Assembly (NCBI GenBank): GCA_951406725.2 | Contig: OX597832.1 | Span: 496,001 to 560,000 of the forward strand | Source: Octopus vulgaris | Lineage: Eukaryota | Reading direction: 5' to 3' | Length of the DNA: 64,000 nt | Part shown: in pieces, positions 14,297-31,465 of the stretch | How the letters are laid out: each line of letters opens with the position of its first letter | Position numbering within the stretch: position 1 is the first letter of the stretch | Made by a program: the position numbers and the translations under genes | Notes under the pieces: model-generated | Database searches by the model: none | The model's input: the letters and a program-made list of their open reading frames with translations, nothing else | What the model was told of the DNA's origin: nothing

Positions 14297-14359
14297 TTTA
14301 TATATATACATATTCATACATATACATATAGAAATGGAAAGCAAACGATAAATGATGAT

Positions 14360-14427
14360 GATGATATATATATTTATACATATATATATATACATATATA
14401 AACATATATATATATACATATATAAAC

Positions 14428-14458
<31 letters not shown>

Positions 14459-14468
14459 CATATACTAT

Positions 14469-14529
<61 letters not shown>

Positions 14530-14534
14530 CATAT

Positions 14535-14567
<33 letters not shown>

Positions 14568-15062
14568 CATATATATGTACACATATATACATGTATATAT
14601 ACATATATATGAACACATATATATGTATATATACATGTATATATACATATATACATATATATATACATATACATATATATATATGCATGTATATGTATAT
14701 ATATGTATATATATATACATATACATGCATATATATATATACATATATATACATATACATGCATATATATATACATATATATACATATACATGCATATAT
14801 ATATACATATATATACATATACATGCATATATATATACATATATATACATATACATGCATATATATATACATATATATACATGCATATATATATACATAT
14901 ATATACATGCATATATATATACATATATATACATATACATGCATATATATATACATATATATACATATACATGCATATATATATACATATATATACATAT
15001 ACATGAATATATATATACATACATATACATATACATGCATATATATATATACATATACATGC

Positions 15063-15107
<45 letters not shown>

Positions 15108-15980
15108 CATACATATATATATACACATATACATACACGTACATATATATACATACATACATATACATACATACATATACATACATATATATATACATAC
15201 ATATACACATTTACATTTATACATATACCTACGTATATAAACATTTACATACATATATACATACATATATTTATATACATACATACATATATATATATAC
15301 ATGAATATACATATATATATATACATGAATATAGATATATATATATACACACATATATATATATACATAAACACACACACACACATATATATATATATAC
15401 ACATACACACACACATATATATACATATAAATGTATATGTAAATAATACAAACTGGGACAAGAGCGCAAAACATTTAGAAGACGATACAAAAAACACGGA
15501 CAGGACATTCGAAGCCTTCAATCTTCAGTCAAGAATATATGTATATATGTATATATACACATACATATATATAAATATATACATACACACACAGACATAT
15601 ATATATATATATATACATAAATATATACACATATACATACATATATATATATATATATACACACATATATATACATATATATATATACATATATACACAC
15701 ATATATATACATATATACACACATATATATATACATATATATATACATATATACACACATATATATACATATATACATATATACACACATATATATACAT
15801 ATATATATATACATATATACATACATGTATATACACACATATATATATACATATATATATATACATATATACATACATATATACACACATATATATATAC
15901 ATATATATATATACATATATACATACATATATACATATATATACACACATATGTATATACATATATATATATATATATAT
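14360..15980. repeat. Compound (TA/CA)n array with TACATGCA higher-order variants; about 95-bp unique island at 15440-15535
   Basis: Directly visible. Confidence 0.95.
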
Positions 15981-17232
15981 TGGTAAAAACGGTAAGATAA
16001 CAAAAGAAAGAAAGAGACCTCAATATTATGTAAATAGAAGAAATTTATCTATAAAATAATATGTTACATTTACTCAATAGTCAAGATAAAACTCTGAGTT
16101 TCAGATGCCGAAGTGGAAATCCACAACACCATCTCTTCGGTTATCTGGCCATCTGAAAATGCTATGAAAAAATACCGTTATATAAAGGGAAATTACTGTG
16201 TTATAATTCTGCTCGCACACCCACGTGCGTACTTATACGTCACTATGAAAACGTACACATCTTCACTAACATTTTTCACCAAATATATACGCATATATAT
16301 ACAAACTCATACACACACACATGCATACCGTAAAAGTTCATGCACAAGCACAAGAAAAACCATGATTAAAGGTAACAGAAAAAAACATAAGGAAGTATAC
16401 AAAGCATAAAAACCATGTTCATATACGGACATGCCCCTATGCACTCATACACACACACGCCCATATATGTACATACCCGCACATATTTATATACGCATAC
16501 ATACAGACGCATATACAAAAAGTGAATATACATATGTCCCCCCCCCCCCAAAAAAGGAAAAATACTAAGTAAAAACGTCTATATATATATATGTGCATTC
16601 TTATGCCTGCACACACGCACACACCTAAAACTGCCCACTCATACATATGCACACACGTGTACAAATGAATTTATATACACATCTATATAGGCACAGGAAA
16701 AAATGCAGGATAGAAAAGTACAGAAAAAATTAATATGTGTGAAAATATAAAAATATATGAAATAATAAAAGGTATAATGAGATAAAAAACTTTTTGGGAC
16801 GTAATATAGAAAGCAAGTTCTATCTGTTTTCTTTAGGGGACCAAAAACGTAACAAAAATTTAGTCACATGTGGGAATGATCCGAAAAGTTCTGTCCTTGA
16901 GTTTAGACATGTAGTAGGGTCTAAGTTGCTTTTCGAGATAAGCCATCTCTCCATGTCGCATAGACCGCACCTTCCGCTGCCTTTGGTGTAGGGCTTACAT
17001 TTCGCCAAAGTCTTCCAATGGATGTTATAATTGACACCTTTATCATTTAAAGACCAAATATGATTAGATAATTTTGTCGCTTTTCTTTTGTTCCAGTGCC
17101 TAAAACTCAAGGTGTGGTTATTGAACCTGGCCTTGAAATTATCCTCTGTAAGGCCCATGTATTTCTTCGTCGAAACGGTGTCTTTAGTTGTTATAGAGTC
17201 CACGGTAGCTTCATAGATGATGGTCTCGGACA
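15981..17232 (-). mobile_element. PLE 3' portion: GIY-YIG endonuclease plus 3' region
   Basis: ORF 16820-17233: IIYEATV...[17 protein letters not shown]...LSNHIWSL...CGLCDMER...LNSRTEL; (TA)n on both sides. Confidence 0.87.
16084..16146 (-). ncRNA. Type I hammerhead-like motif in the PLE 3' region
   Basis: Minus strand: AGATAA-CCGAAGA-[GATG..GTGGA TT TCCAC..CATC]T-GAAA-CTCAGAG-TT-TTATCT. Perfect 6-bp stem I; core U4>C. Confidence 0.7.
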
Positions 17233-20761
<3,529 letters not shown>

Positions 20762-21194
20762 TAAGAAAACCATCCGAACGTGGCCGTAGCCAGTACCGCA
20801 TCGACTGGCCTCCGTGCTGTGGGCACGTAACAAACACCATCCGATCGTGGCCGTTCGCCAACCTCATCTGGCACTTGTGTCGGTGGCACATAAAAACACC
20901 ATCTGAGCGTGGCCGTCTGCCAACCTCGTCTGGCACCTGTGTCGGTGGCACATAAAAAAAACACCATCCGAGCGTGGCCGTTTGCCAGCCTCGTCTGGCA
21001 CCTGTGTCGGTGGCACATAAAATCACCCACTACACTCTCGGAGTGGTTGGCGTTAGGAAGGGCATCCAGCTGTAGAAACACTGCCAGATCTGACTGGCCT
21101 GGTGCAGCCTTCGGGCTCCCCAGACTCCAGTTGAACCGTCCAACCCATGCTAGCATGGAAAGCGGACGTTAAATGAGGATGATGATGATGATGA
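20762..21194 (+). mobile_element. RTE 3' UTR fragment, near-identical to 12887-13313
   Basis: Same four tandem units and (GAT)n tail. Confidence 0.87.
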
Positions 21195-21241
21195 TACATA
21201 TATACACACATATACATACATATATACACACATATATATAC

Positions 21242-21272
<31 letters not shown>

Positions 21273-21325
21273 CATATATATATATATACATATATATACA
21301 TATATATATATACATATATATATAC

Positions 21326-21360
<35 letters not shown>

Positions 21361-22425
21361 CATCATCATCATCATCATCGTTTAACGTCCGTTTTCCGCG
21401 CTAGATCCAGTTTAGTTTTAAAGAAACCCACATCCACACCATGTAAGCCTCTCAGGTATTTAGGGAGGATGTTAAAGAGCTGTGGTCCTCTGAAGCCCAA
21501 GCTGTTGCAGTATCTGGACCTGTATTTTGATGGTGATGTTGGAATCCTTGGCACCATGCAGTGGCGTCCCGTTCTGCGGTTGGGGTAACTTTGAATGCCA
21601 AAGTTTGGGACAAGACCCTCTAGAATTTTCCAGATGTATATCACCGCATATCTCTCCCGCCTCCGCTCTAGGGAGAAGAGGTTTAATACCTTCAGTCTTT
21701 CCCAGTAGCTGATATTTTGCATTGAGACGATTTTCTTTGTGTAGCTTCTCTGAATTGCTTCGAGTTCTGCTGTTAGTTTTATATTGTGTGGTGACCAAAG
21801 TTGGGAGCAGTAGTCCAAGCGGCTGAGGACGAATGTTTTCCATAGGACCATCAGTGTCTCCTTCTCTCTTGTTCTGAAAGTTCGGAGAATCCATCCAGCT
21901 AGCCGTCTGCATTTTATCACCAGATTAGCAATATGCACTTGGAAAGATGCATCACTGCTCATGTCAATGCCCAGGTCACGCACTGATTTTGACTCAGGGA
22001 TTGCAATTCTTCCTGGGCCAGTGCATCCAGTCTTCACGTCGTTTACCTTTGTGTGCCAGTAGCGCAGGGCCTGGAACTTACCTGCATTAAACTGCATGTT
22101 GTTGTCCTCAGCCCACCTGTATATTGTGTCCAGCTCATGTTGCAGATGCGCAATATTTTCAGGGTTTTGTATTGCGTGGTGTCATCTGCATAGTTAGCAA
22201 GGGTGGTCATCGTAGCAACTGAAGGCATGTCTGAAAGGGCCACTATGAACATCAGTGGCCCCAAGACAGTGCCTTGTGGGACACCGCTTGCTATTTGGGT
22301 TTCCTTGGAGGTGGCTCCATTGCTCACAACTGCCTGTTTTCTGTCTTTTAGGAAGTTGTGCAGCCACTCTCCAAGTTTTCCGCCTATGCCGAGACCACGC
22401 AGTTTGTGACAGACCATACCATGGT
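21361..22425 (-). mobile_element. CR1-group LINE (family A relative) RT fragment fused at its 3' side to an RTE terminus and (GAT)n
   Basis: [26 protein letters not shown]; after ...KLD the sequence switches to CTAGCGCGGAAAACGGACGTTAAACGATGATG. Confidence 0.88.
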
Positions 22426-22453
22426 ATATATACACACATATATATACACACAC

Positions 22454-22484
<31 letters not shown>

Positions 22485-22540
22485 TATATACATATATATA
22501 TACACACACATATATATATACATATATATATACACACACA

Positions 22541-22578
<38 letters not shown>

Positions 22579-22812
22579 CATATATATATATATATACATA
22601 TACATAGATACACACACATATATATATACATATATATATATATATACATGTACATATATATATATATACATATACATAGATACACACACATATATATATA
22701 CAGATATATATATATATATATACACACACATATATATATATACATATATTTATACATATATAAATATTATATATATATATATACATATATACATATATTT
22801 ATACATATATAT

Positions 22813-22844
<32 letters not shown>

Positions 22845-22871
22845 TATATACATATATTTATACATATATAT

Positions 22872-22903
<32 letters not shown>

Positions 22904-23227
22904 TACATACATACATACATATATACATGCGAAACATATACATACATATACATACATATATACATATACATATATTCATACATACACAAATATATACATA
23001 TATCTACATACATACATATATACATATATATATACATTTATACATATATATACATATATATATATACATATACACACATATATATATACATATTTATATA
23101 TACATATATATATATATATTTATACATATATATATATACATATATATATACATACATATATACATACATATATACATATACATACATATATACATACATA
23201 TATACATACACATATATATATATATAC

Positions 23228-23258
<31 letters not shown>

Positions 23259-23261
23259 TAT

Positions 23262-24687
23262 GTTAGTTAGTTAGTTAGTTAGTTAATTTGGCTCAAAAGC
23301 AAATAGCAAGGCCATGTAGGGGGACATGGAGTTAAGTACAGGGTGGTGTTCATGTAAAGAGTTCAGGCCACTTTAGGTCAAGGGAGGCTTTGAACAAAGC
23401 AGTCGTCGGCATCTTCACCATCTCGTCTGGCAGCTTGTTCCACGGATCTGCAACCCGGACGGAGAAAGCTCCTCTCCTTCGATTGAGATGAAATTGTCGC
23501 AGGTAGAGCTTTTCGGAATGACCCCGCAGCCGACGCTCTGGAGCAGGAGTGAAGAACAGCTCTTTCGAGAGGTTACACTTTCCGCTTATGATGTTGTGGG
23601 TGAGAATGAGATCACCACGGCGGCAGCGTTTTTCAAGAGAATAAAGGTCGAGCGTCCTCAGCCTTTCTTCGTAGGACAAATTTTTGAGACCATGAACCAT
23701 GCGGGTAGCAAGCTTCTGGACTCTTTCGAGATGCTGTATGTCTTTGAGGAGATAAGGAGAAGAGGCTTGAATCCCATACTCCAATATGGGTCTCACAGGC
23801 GTGACATAGAGTGGTAGGAATATGGCTGCTGTGAGCATTCCGAATGACCGTCGAATCAAGAACAGAATTCCGCGTGCTTTGTTGGCAGCATGGACGCACT
23901 GGGCCGAAGGCGAAAAGGAGGAATCCACCAAGATACCTAGGTCCATTACCTGATCGGTCCTCTCCAGCAGCAGACGACCCGGCTCGAAATCAAGTTGAGT
24001 TGCAGGAGTAGAGCCGACAGGCAGATGACAGCACTTTGACACGTTCAGACACAGGTCCCAATTGTTAGACCACTTCCAAATTTGGTGGAGGCATCGACGA
24101 AGATCCTCTATATTACCGCGAGGAGCAACCAGTTTGATATCGTCGGCAAATAGAAGGGTGTGTTGCGTGAGGTCGTTGGGCAAGTCATTTATGAAGACTA
24201 AGAACAACAAGGGCACAAGCACTGAACCTTGAGGCACGCCACTGCTCGCGCTGGAGACGTCGGACCGCGAACCATTAACTTGGACTTGGAAGGAGCGATC
24301 TGAGAGGAAGGCATCAACCCATCGTACAATATCCGGATGGAAACTATATGCTTGAAGCTTGACAAGCAATAGGCGGTGGTTTACCGAGTCAAAAGCTTTG
24401 GCAAAGTCCAGTAAAACGATGTCAACAGCATCACTATCATCGAGGATGCGCGTCACCAATTCTTCCATTACTAGTAGGTTGGTCAAGCATGATCTCTTCG
24501 GCACGAAGCCGTGTTGGGAATCAGAGATAGAGGCTGTGTTTAGGAGGTGGAGCATCATACTTTTCTTAAGGATGGTTTCGAACATCTTGCTGATAATTGA
24601 TGTAAGGGAAACCGGTCGGTAGTTAAGCGGGTCTTCGCGGCTCCCTTTCTTGAAAATTGGGCAGATTATCGCTGTTCTCCAGTCTGC
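23262..24687 (-). mobile_element. CR1-group LINE family B, 5'-truncated, uninterrupted RT frame, (CTAA)n tail
   Basis: Open frame 24687-23350: DWRTAIICPIFKKG..NYRPVSLTS..QHGFVPKRSC..LDFAKAFDSVNH..SGVPQGS..LFADDIK..RGHSEKL..WNKLP. Confidence 0.93.
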
Positions 24688-24718
<31 letters not shown>

Positions 24719-24877
24719 CAGATATATACATTATTACATAAATTATAATTTAGGGCATCTACGAGATACTACCACACTGGAAACAGGAGCCCAAAACTTG
24801 ACTCTAAACCCGCATTAAATGTTCATTCAAAATGGTTTTAGAGTGAAGATTTGGCTGCTATTTTCAGCATGCTTGTA

Positions 24878-24930
<53 letters not shown>

Positions 24931-25150
24931 TGTATACATGTATATGCGTGCATATATGTATACATATGTATATACATATATATATATATATATACATACA
25001 TATATATGTACATATACATACATTTACAAATTTACATACATGTATACATATTTATATATATATATATTTACACATATATACGTATGTATACATATTTATA
25101 TATACATATGTATATATATACACAAGCATGTATACATATATATATACACG

Positions 25151-25187
<37 letters not shown>

Positions 25188-25235
25188 ATAAATATATGTA
25201 CACAAATATATATATATACAGGAATATATAGATGA

Positions 25236-25274
<39 letters not shown>

Positions 25275-25395
25275 CAAAATTATACATATATACAAAACTA
25301 TATATATATATATACACACAAGTATATGTATACATATATACATGTATACATATATATATACACACATATATAGATATACACACATATATAGATAT

Positions 25396-25450
<55 letters not shown>

Positions 25451-25453
25451 TAT

Positions 25454-25850
25454 AGGCGCAGGAGTGGCTGTGTGGTAAGTAGCTTGTTTACCAACCACAT
25501 GGTTCTGGGTTCAGTCCCACTGCATGGCACCTTGGGCAAGTGTCTTCCACTATAGCCTCGGGCCAACCAAAGCCTTGTGAGTGGATTTGGTAGACGGAAA
25601 CTGAAATAAGCCCGTCGTATATATGTATATATATATATGTATATGCGTGACTGTGTTTGTCCCCCAGCATTGCTTGACAACCGATGCTGGTGTGTTTATG
25701 TCCCCGTTACTTAGCGGTTCGGCAAAAGAGACCGATAGAATAAGTACTGGGCTTACAAAAGAATAAGTCCCGGGGTCGAGTTGCTCGATTAAAAGGCGGT
25801 GCTCCAGCATGGCCGCAGTCAAATGACTGAAACAAGGTAAAAAAAAAAAA
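25454..25850 (+). mobile_element. tRNA-derived SINE with CORE-like segment and internal microsatellite, full length
   Basis: A box TGGCTGTGTGG, B box GGTTCAGTCC, GGCACCTTGGGCAAGTG, tail ...GACTGAAACAAG plus poly(A). Confidence 0.85.
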
Positions 25851-26648
25851 TATATATATATATATAGATATATATTCATACATATATATATACACATATA
25901 TGCATATATATATATATATACAAACATATATATAGATATATGCACATATATACACATATATATATATACACATATATACACATATATATATATACACATA
26001 TATATATATATATACACATATATACACATATATATATATACACATATATATATATATACACATATATACACATATATATATATACACATATATACACATA
26101 TATATATATATATACACATATGTATATATAGATATATATTTATATACATACACATATATATTTATACATATATATGTATATATACATATATATACACACG
26201 CATATATACATATGCATACATATACAAATATATAGATATACATATACTTATACATGCATACATATATATATATATATATATATACACATACATATAAATA
26301 CATATATATATACATACATATACATACATACATATACATACATACATATATACATAAATATATGCGCACATATATACACACATATATATACACTCATATA
26401 TATACACAAAAATATATATCCATTCATATACATACATATACATAAATGTGTATGTTTATATACATACACATTGTATATATATAGATACATATATATATAC
26501 ATAGATATATATATATGTACATACACATATATAAACTTTTAAAAACACATACATATATACATATTCTTATACACACATACATCCACATGTACACATATAC
26601 AGGTACACACATACAGATACACATATATAGATATGCATGTACATATAG

Positions 26649-26718
<70 letters not shown>

Positions 26719-26724
26719 GTATGT

Positions 26725-26930
26725 GTGTGTGTTTATGTGTTTGTCCCATCCAACATCGCTTGACAACCGATGCTGGTGCGTTTACGTCGCCGTTATTCAG
26801 CGATTCGGCGAAAGAGACCAATAGAATAAGTACTAATCTTCCAAACAATAAGTCCTGGGGTCGATTTGCTTGAGTGAAGGCAGTGCTCCAGCAATGCTGC
26901 AGTCAAATGACTGAAACAAGTAAAAAAAAA
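26725..26930 (+). mobile_element. 3' half of the same SINE family
   Basis: GCTTGACAACCGATGCTGGTG...ATGACTGAAACAAGTAAAA. Confidence 0.82.
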
Positions 26931-27248
26931 ATACTTACATATATATATATACATACATGTAAATATATCATCATCATCATCATCATCGTTTAACGTCCGC
27001 TTTCCATGCTAGCATGGGTTGGACGACATATATATATGTATATATATATGTAAATATATATATATATATATGTAAATATATATATATATGTATATATATA
27101 TATATGTATATATGTAAATATATATATGTATATATGTAAATATATAGATATATATATATATATGTAAATATATAGATATATATATATATCTGTAAATATA
27201 TAGATATATATATATATCTGTAAATATATAGATATATATATATATCTG

Positions 27249-27304
<56 letters not shown>

Positions 27305-27310
<6 letters not shown>

Positions 27311-28163
27311 GTAGATTGTACGATGCACGCGTGCGAACTGCCATACTTCCCAGTAGTGAAACATGGGCTGTGACTGCAGAGCACATGCGTAGGCTTGAAA
27401 GAAATGAAGCTAGTATGATCTGCTGGATGTGTAATGTCAGTGTGCACACACAACAGAGTGTAAGTGCTCTGAGAGAAATGCTGGACATAAGAAGCCTCGG
27501 ATGTGGCAATGAAGAGAGACGTTTGCACTAGTATGGTCATGTACTATGAATGGATGAGGAGAGATGTGTGCAGAAGTGCCAATCCCAAACAGTTGAAGGA
27601 ATCCAGGGTAGAGGTAGACCCAGGAAGACATGGGATGAGGCGGTCACGCATGACCTTCGAACGGTGGGTCTCACAGAGGCAATGACAGAAGACCGAGACC
27701 TCTGGAGATATGCTGCGACTGCGAAGACCCAACAACGTAAGTTCATGGCTGTTTCCTGCACCAGTTTCATATTACAGCCCCAGTCCATCCAAAGTACCTT
27801 GGATCACAGAACAGCCTGCTGTGCTTACCTTAGCTCGTAGGGCGACCTGCTGTGCTTGAGGAGACCTATTGAGTCAAGTACATCAACATCAGAATAAAAA
27901 ATCAAATGGAATTGTGCCGGTGGCACATGAAAAGCACCATCCGAATGTGACCGAGACCAGCCTGCCCTAGCACCTGTGCCGGTGGCACATTAAAAGCACC
28001 CACTACACTCACGGAGTGGTTGGCATTAGGAAAGGCATCCAGATGTAGAAACACTGCCAGATCAGACTGGAACCTAGTGCAGCCTCCTGGCTTCCCAGTC
28101 CCTGGTCAAACCGTCCAATCCATGCTGGCATGGAAAACGGATGTTAAACGATGATGATGATGA
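27305..28163 (+). mobile_element. RTE LINE 3' fragment
   Basis: [42 protein letters not shown]; 3' UTR; (GAT)n tail. Confidence 0.88.
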
Positions 28164-28189
28164 TATATATATATACATATATATATATA

Positions 28190-28569
28190 TGCGCAGGGGT
28201 GGCTGTGTGGTAAGTAGCTAGCTTACCAACCATATGGTTCTGGGTTCAGTCCCACTGCGCGGTACCTTGGGCAAGTGTCTTCTACTATAGCCTCAGGCCG
28301 ACCAAAGCCTTGAGTGGATTTGGTAGATGGTAACTGAAAGAAGTCCGTCGTATATATGTATATATATGTATGTATACATATGTGACCACGTGTGTACCGT
28401 TGGCGATTTTTTTCCCTCCGTCTTCCCTTCTTTGGATCTTTCCTTTTCCTATGTTTCAGACGAAGAGCTCCGCTTGAAACGTTAAACCTTCCTTCTTTCC
28501 TGAGCGTCCAATAATACTATACTTGTTCCACGTCCTCGCATTGTTGTGTTTTCATGTTTGGATTAACTT

Positions 28570-28643
<74 letters not shown>

Positions 28644-28845
28644 TGTGTCTGTCCTCCTCCACCATCGCTCAACAACCGATGCTGGTGTGTTTACCTCCAC
28701 GTAACTTAGCAGTTCAGCAAAAAGAGACCGATAGAATAAATACTAGGCTTACTAAGAATAAGTCCTGGGGTCAATTTGCTCGACTAAAGGCAGTGCTCCT
28801 GCATGGCTGCAGTCTAATGACTGAAACAAGTAAAAGAGTAAAAGT
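28190..28845 (+). mobile_element. SINE (25454 family) whose internal microsatellite hosts a PLE pseudo-LTR (about 28385-28570)
   Basis: Head at 28190-28352 and tail at 28640-28845 match 25454-25850; the insert between them is unrelated. Confidence 0.8.
28453..28487 (+). ncRNA. Minimal hammerhead-like motif (palindromic stem III type), degenerate
   Basis: GTTT-CAGACGA-AGAGCTCCGCTT-GAAACGTTA-AAC; AACGTT palindrome; core U4>A. Confidence 0.6.
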
Positions 28846-29126
28846 GTATATACACACGTGTATATTACAGATATGCATATGTATGTATACATATATACAT
28901 ATGTATACATACATATATACATATGTATACATATATATATATATACACACACATATATATATATATATATATACACATACATTATATGCCTACATACATA
29001 TACACACACATTTATATGTATACATACATATATACTCCTATACATTATATACATATATATACACACATCCACACACATACATACAGATAGATATATATTT
29101 ACACACACACACCCATATATATATTT

Positions 29127-29480
29127 AGGCGCTGCCATGGCCATGTGTTTGAAGAGCTTTCTTCACAACCATGAAGCCCTGGACAAATGTTTTATTCGAA
29201 AGCCCTGGATCGACGTAAACCTTCTGAGCGGATTTGTTATATGGAAACTAAAAGAAGCCAGTTGGATGTGTTTGTGAGTGTATGTTGTATTCTTTCCCCA
29301 CCATCTCTTGACAACCGGTGTTGGTTTCTTTACATCCTCGTAACGTAAGTCCTCGGCAAAAGTTACCGATGGAATAAGTACCAAACTTAAAATAATATGC
29401 ACTGGTGTCAGTTTGTCGAACGAAACCCTTCAAGGCACTGCTGCAACGTAACTGTAATCTAGTGACCGAAACAAGTAAAA
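29127..29480 (+). mobile_element. Older degenerate copy of the 25454 SINE family
   Basis: GGAAACTAAAAGAAGCC, TTGACAACCGGTGTTGG, GACCGAAACAAGTAAAAG. Confidence 0.7.
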
Positions 29481-29851
29481 GGTAAATTGAAGATATACAA
29501 ATACATATACATATGGATATACATTATACTTAAATGTATATCCATACGTAAGTATATCCACACACATATGCGTATATAAAACACGTATTTACATATATGT
29601 ACATACGCATATAAATATACATACATGTGTATATACAAATATATAAAATTATGTAATATTGTTAAATTGTGAAAATACAAAATAAAAGTGAAAATCCGTG
29701 TATGCTGAAAGCTGACTAATCTATTTATCTACTCCCAATTTTACAAATCCTATGTATGAGTGTGTGTGTGTACACACACAATCATACACGCATATGTGTG
29801 TGGAGTGACTTAGAGAGGAATGAGACGTAACGTTAAGATAAACTGGCCTAC

Positions 29852-29956
29852 CATGTTAGATGAAGCAGGAAAAATATCTTGATCAAGGAGAAATTCGCTC
29901 ACGCCGCTATCGTCCAAGTCACCCAACTTTCGATCAGATCCGTAGAGGGAGTCCAT
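29852..29956 (-). CDS. Candidate first coding exon of a host gene, resembling a CREB3L1/CREB3L2 (OASIS/BBF2H7/CrebA-type) N-terminus
   Basis: GACC-ATG-G Kozak-like start; 35 codons MDSLYGSDRKLGDLDDSGVSEFLLDQDIFPASSNM; phase-0 donor ATG|GTAGGC; non-repetitive CpG-rich context. Family resemblance is from memory of the human proteins, not from a search. Confidence 0.55.
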
Positions 29957-29959
29957 GGT

Positions 29960-30480
29960 CATAAGTCCCGAGAGGTATCCTAGAAAGGGGAAAACACCTC
30001 AAGGGATGAGTCGTTAACCGCAAAAAACCACTTGGCGGAAGAAGAAACCCCGAAACTTCGTCGGTCCTGTCTGATATGTGAATGTTGTTTAAGACTGAGT
30101 GGGCGGGGCAGCTAGCAGCTGGTCTCACGCTCTCTCACTTTCCTAGAGAGAGTCGTCGAGAAAAATTAGTTCTCTTTCAGTCATTACTTTAAATCAGACT
30201 TTCTGAATAATCTTAAAATTATGAAAAAGAATTAATTATTATTTTACTCAGAAGTATTTTTCTATACCTTTTATTCCATCTTAGGATGATTGTATAAGTT
30301 TTCATGTAGTATAAAAATGCTTGCGTGTTGGCGAATGAATATTCATGTAAGGTGATCAGGACAGTCAGCGTTTGAAAGAAGTCAGCTGTATAGTCCAATG
30401 AGAAACTCTTACCCTGAATAAATTAATTTAATGGCTGAAGAGCCAACTGTTGCGCTGACGCCGGGTTCCTGGCTGTTGTT
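29960..30480 (-). promoter_or_regulatory. Putative 5' UTR/promoter of the candidate gene
   Basis: CpG-retaining unique sequence, GC box GGGCGGGG near 30101, CCAAT near 30395. Confidence 0.4.
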
Positions 30481-31134
30481 TCATCACGAATTAACACTAG
30501 TAAAATAAAGCGAAAACATCTTCCTGAATATTTCTGTCATTGAACATTTATAACTGTACGACTGGAAATAAGTAAAATAAAATAAAATATAGTTATTCTT
30601 AATAGGCTATTTACTAACATATGTTTACTAGCGAAATCCATGTGTAATATCTTCTCGTGATCTTATTATGACAAACTTTAGGAGTTTATTCCGATAAAAT
30701 ATTTGAAAATATTTAAACAGAAATAAAATCAGATCAAATTCTATGTGTAGTTTTTAAACTTTCAATTATCAACGTTCAAATATTGATAATCAAGAAATAA
30801 GCTACTGATGAGATGAGTTCACTTCACTGTTCCGATTCCAAGTGAGAGCCAATTTATTGTTTCTGCGAAGGCATGTACGTGAAAACATTACCATTTTACT
30901 TTCTCTCTAAATTCAAGTGTTTATGACTTTACGCTGCAAACAAAAGAAGTATCAAACAGTCATTAAAATGAGTATTAATGTGATGTAGCAGCACAATCTG
31001 CGAGATTGTAATTTTATCGAAATAAATATGAGTAAACAGCTTTGCAGTTTAATTAAAACCAATTACGTGTCAATAGCAGAGGCAACTCTAATAGCGAAAA
31101 CAATAAAATGACACGCGAAATTTTTAGTGGTCCT

Positions 31135-31465
31135 TATCCTGCCGAGGTCAAATTTGTCTTTTTATCCTTTCGGGGTCAAAGAAATAAAGTACCAGTCAAG
31201 TTGACCAGGATCAATGTTATTGCCAAACCCCTCCCCCCCCCACAAAAAAATGTTGATTTTATGCCTAAATTAGAAACAATTATTAGTAGAATAATTAGAT
31301 TGTCGAGGAAAAATCGTTCCTAGATTTCTTCTCGTTCAAATTCTGCCGAGATCAACTTCCCTTTTATCTCTCTGGGGTTGATGATGTACTTGGTCGATCT
31401 AATCGATTAATCCCACTCCTCAAAACTGCTAGTCTTGACCCCAAATTAGACATTATTATTATTAT
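31135..31465 (+). mobile_element. Degenerate Nin/Deu-domain-like SINE fragments
   Basis: GCCGAGGTCAAATTTGTCTTTTTATCCTTTCGGGGTC...AAGTACCAG; homologous to the 49651 SINE. Confidence 0.65.

Noticed and set aside
15485-15535. Hammerhead on the minus strand (CTGAAGA..GAAG/CTTC..GAATGTC)
   Set aside because: No GAAA, no stem I and an implausible stem II loop; possibly a decayed pseudo-LTR but unsupported.
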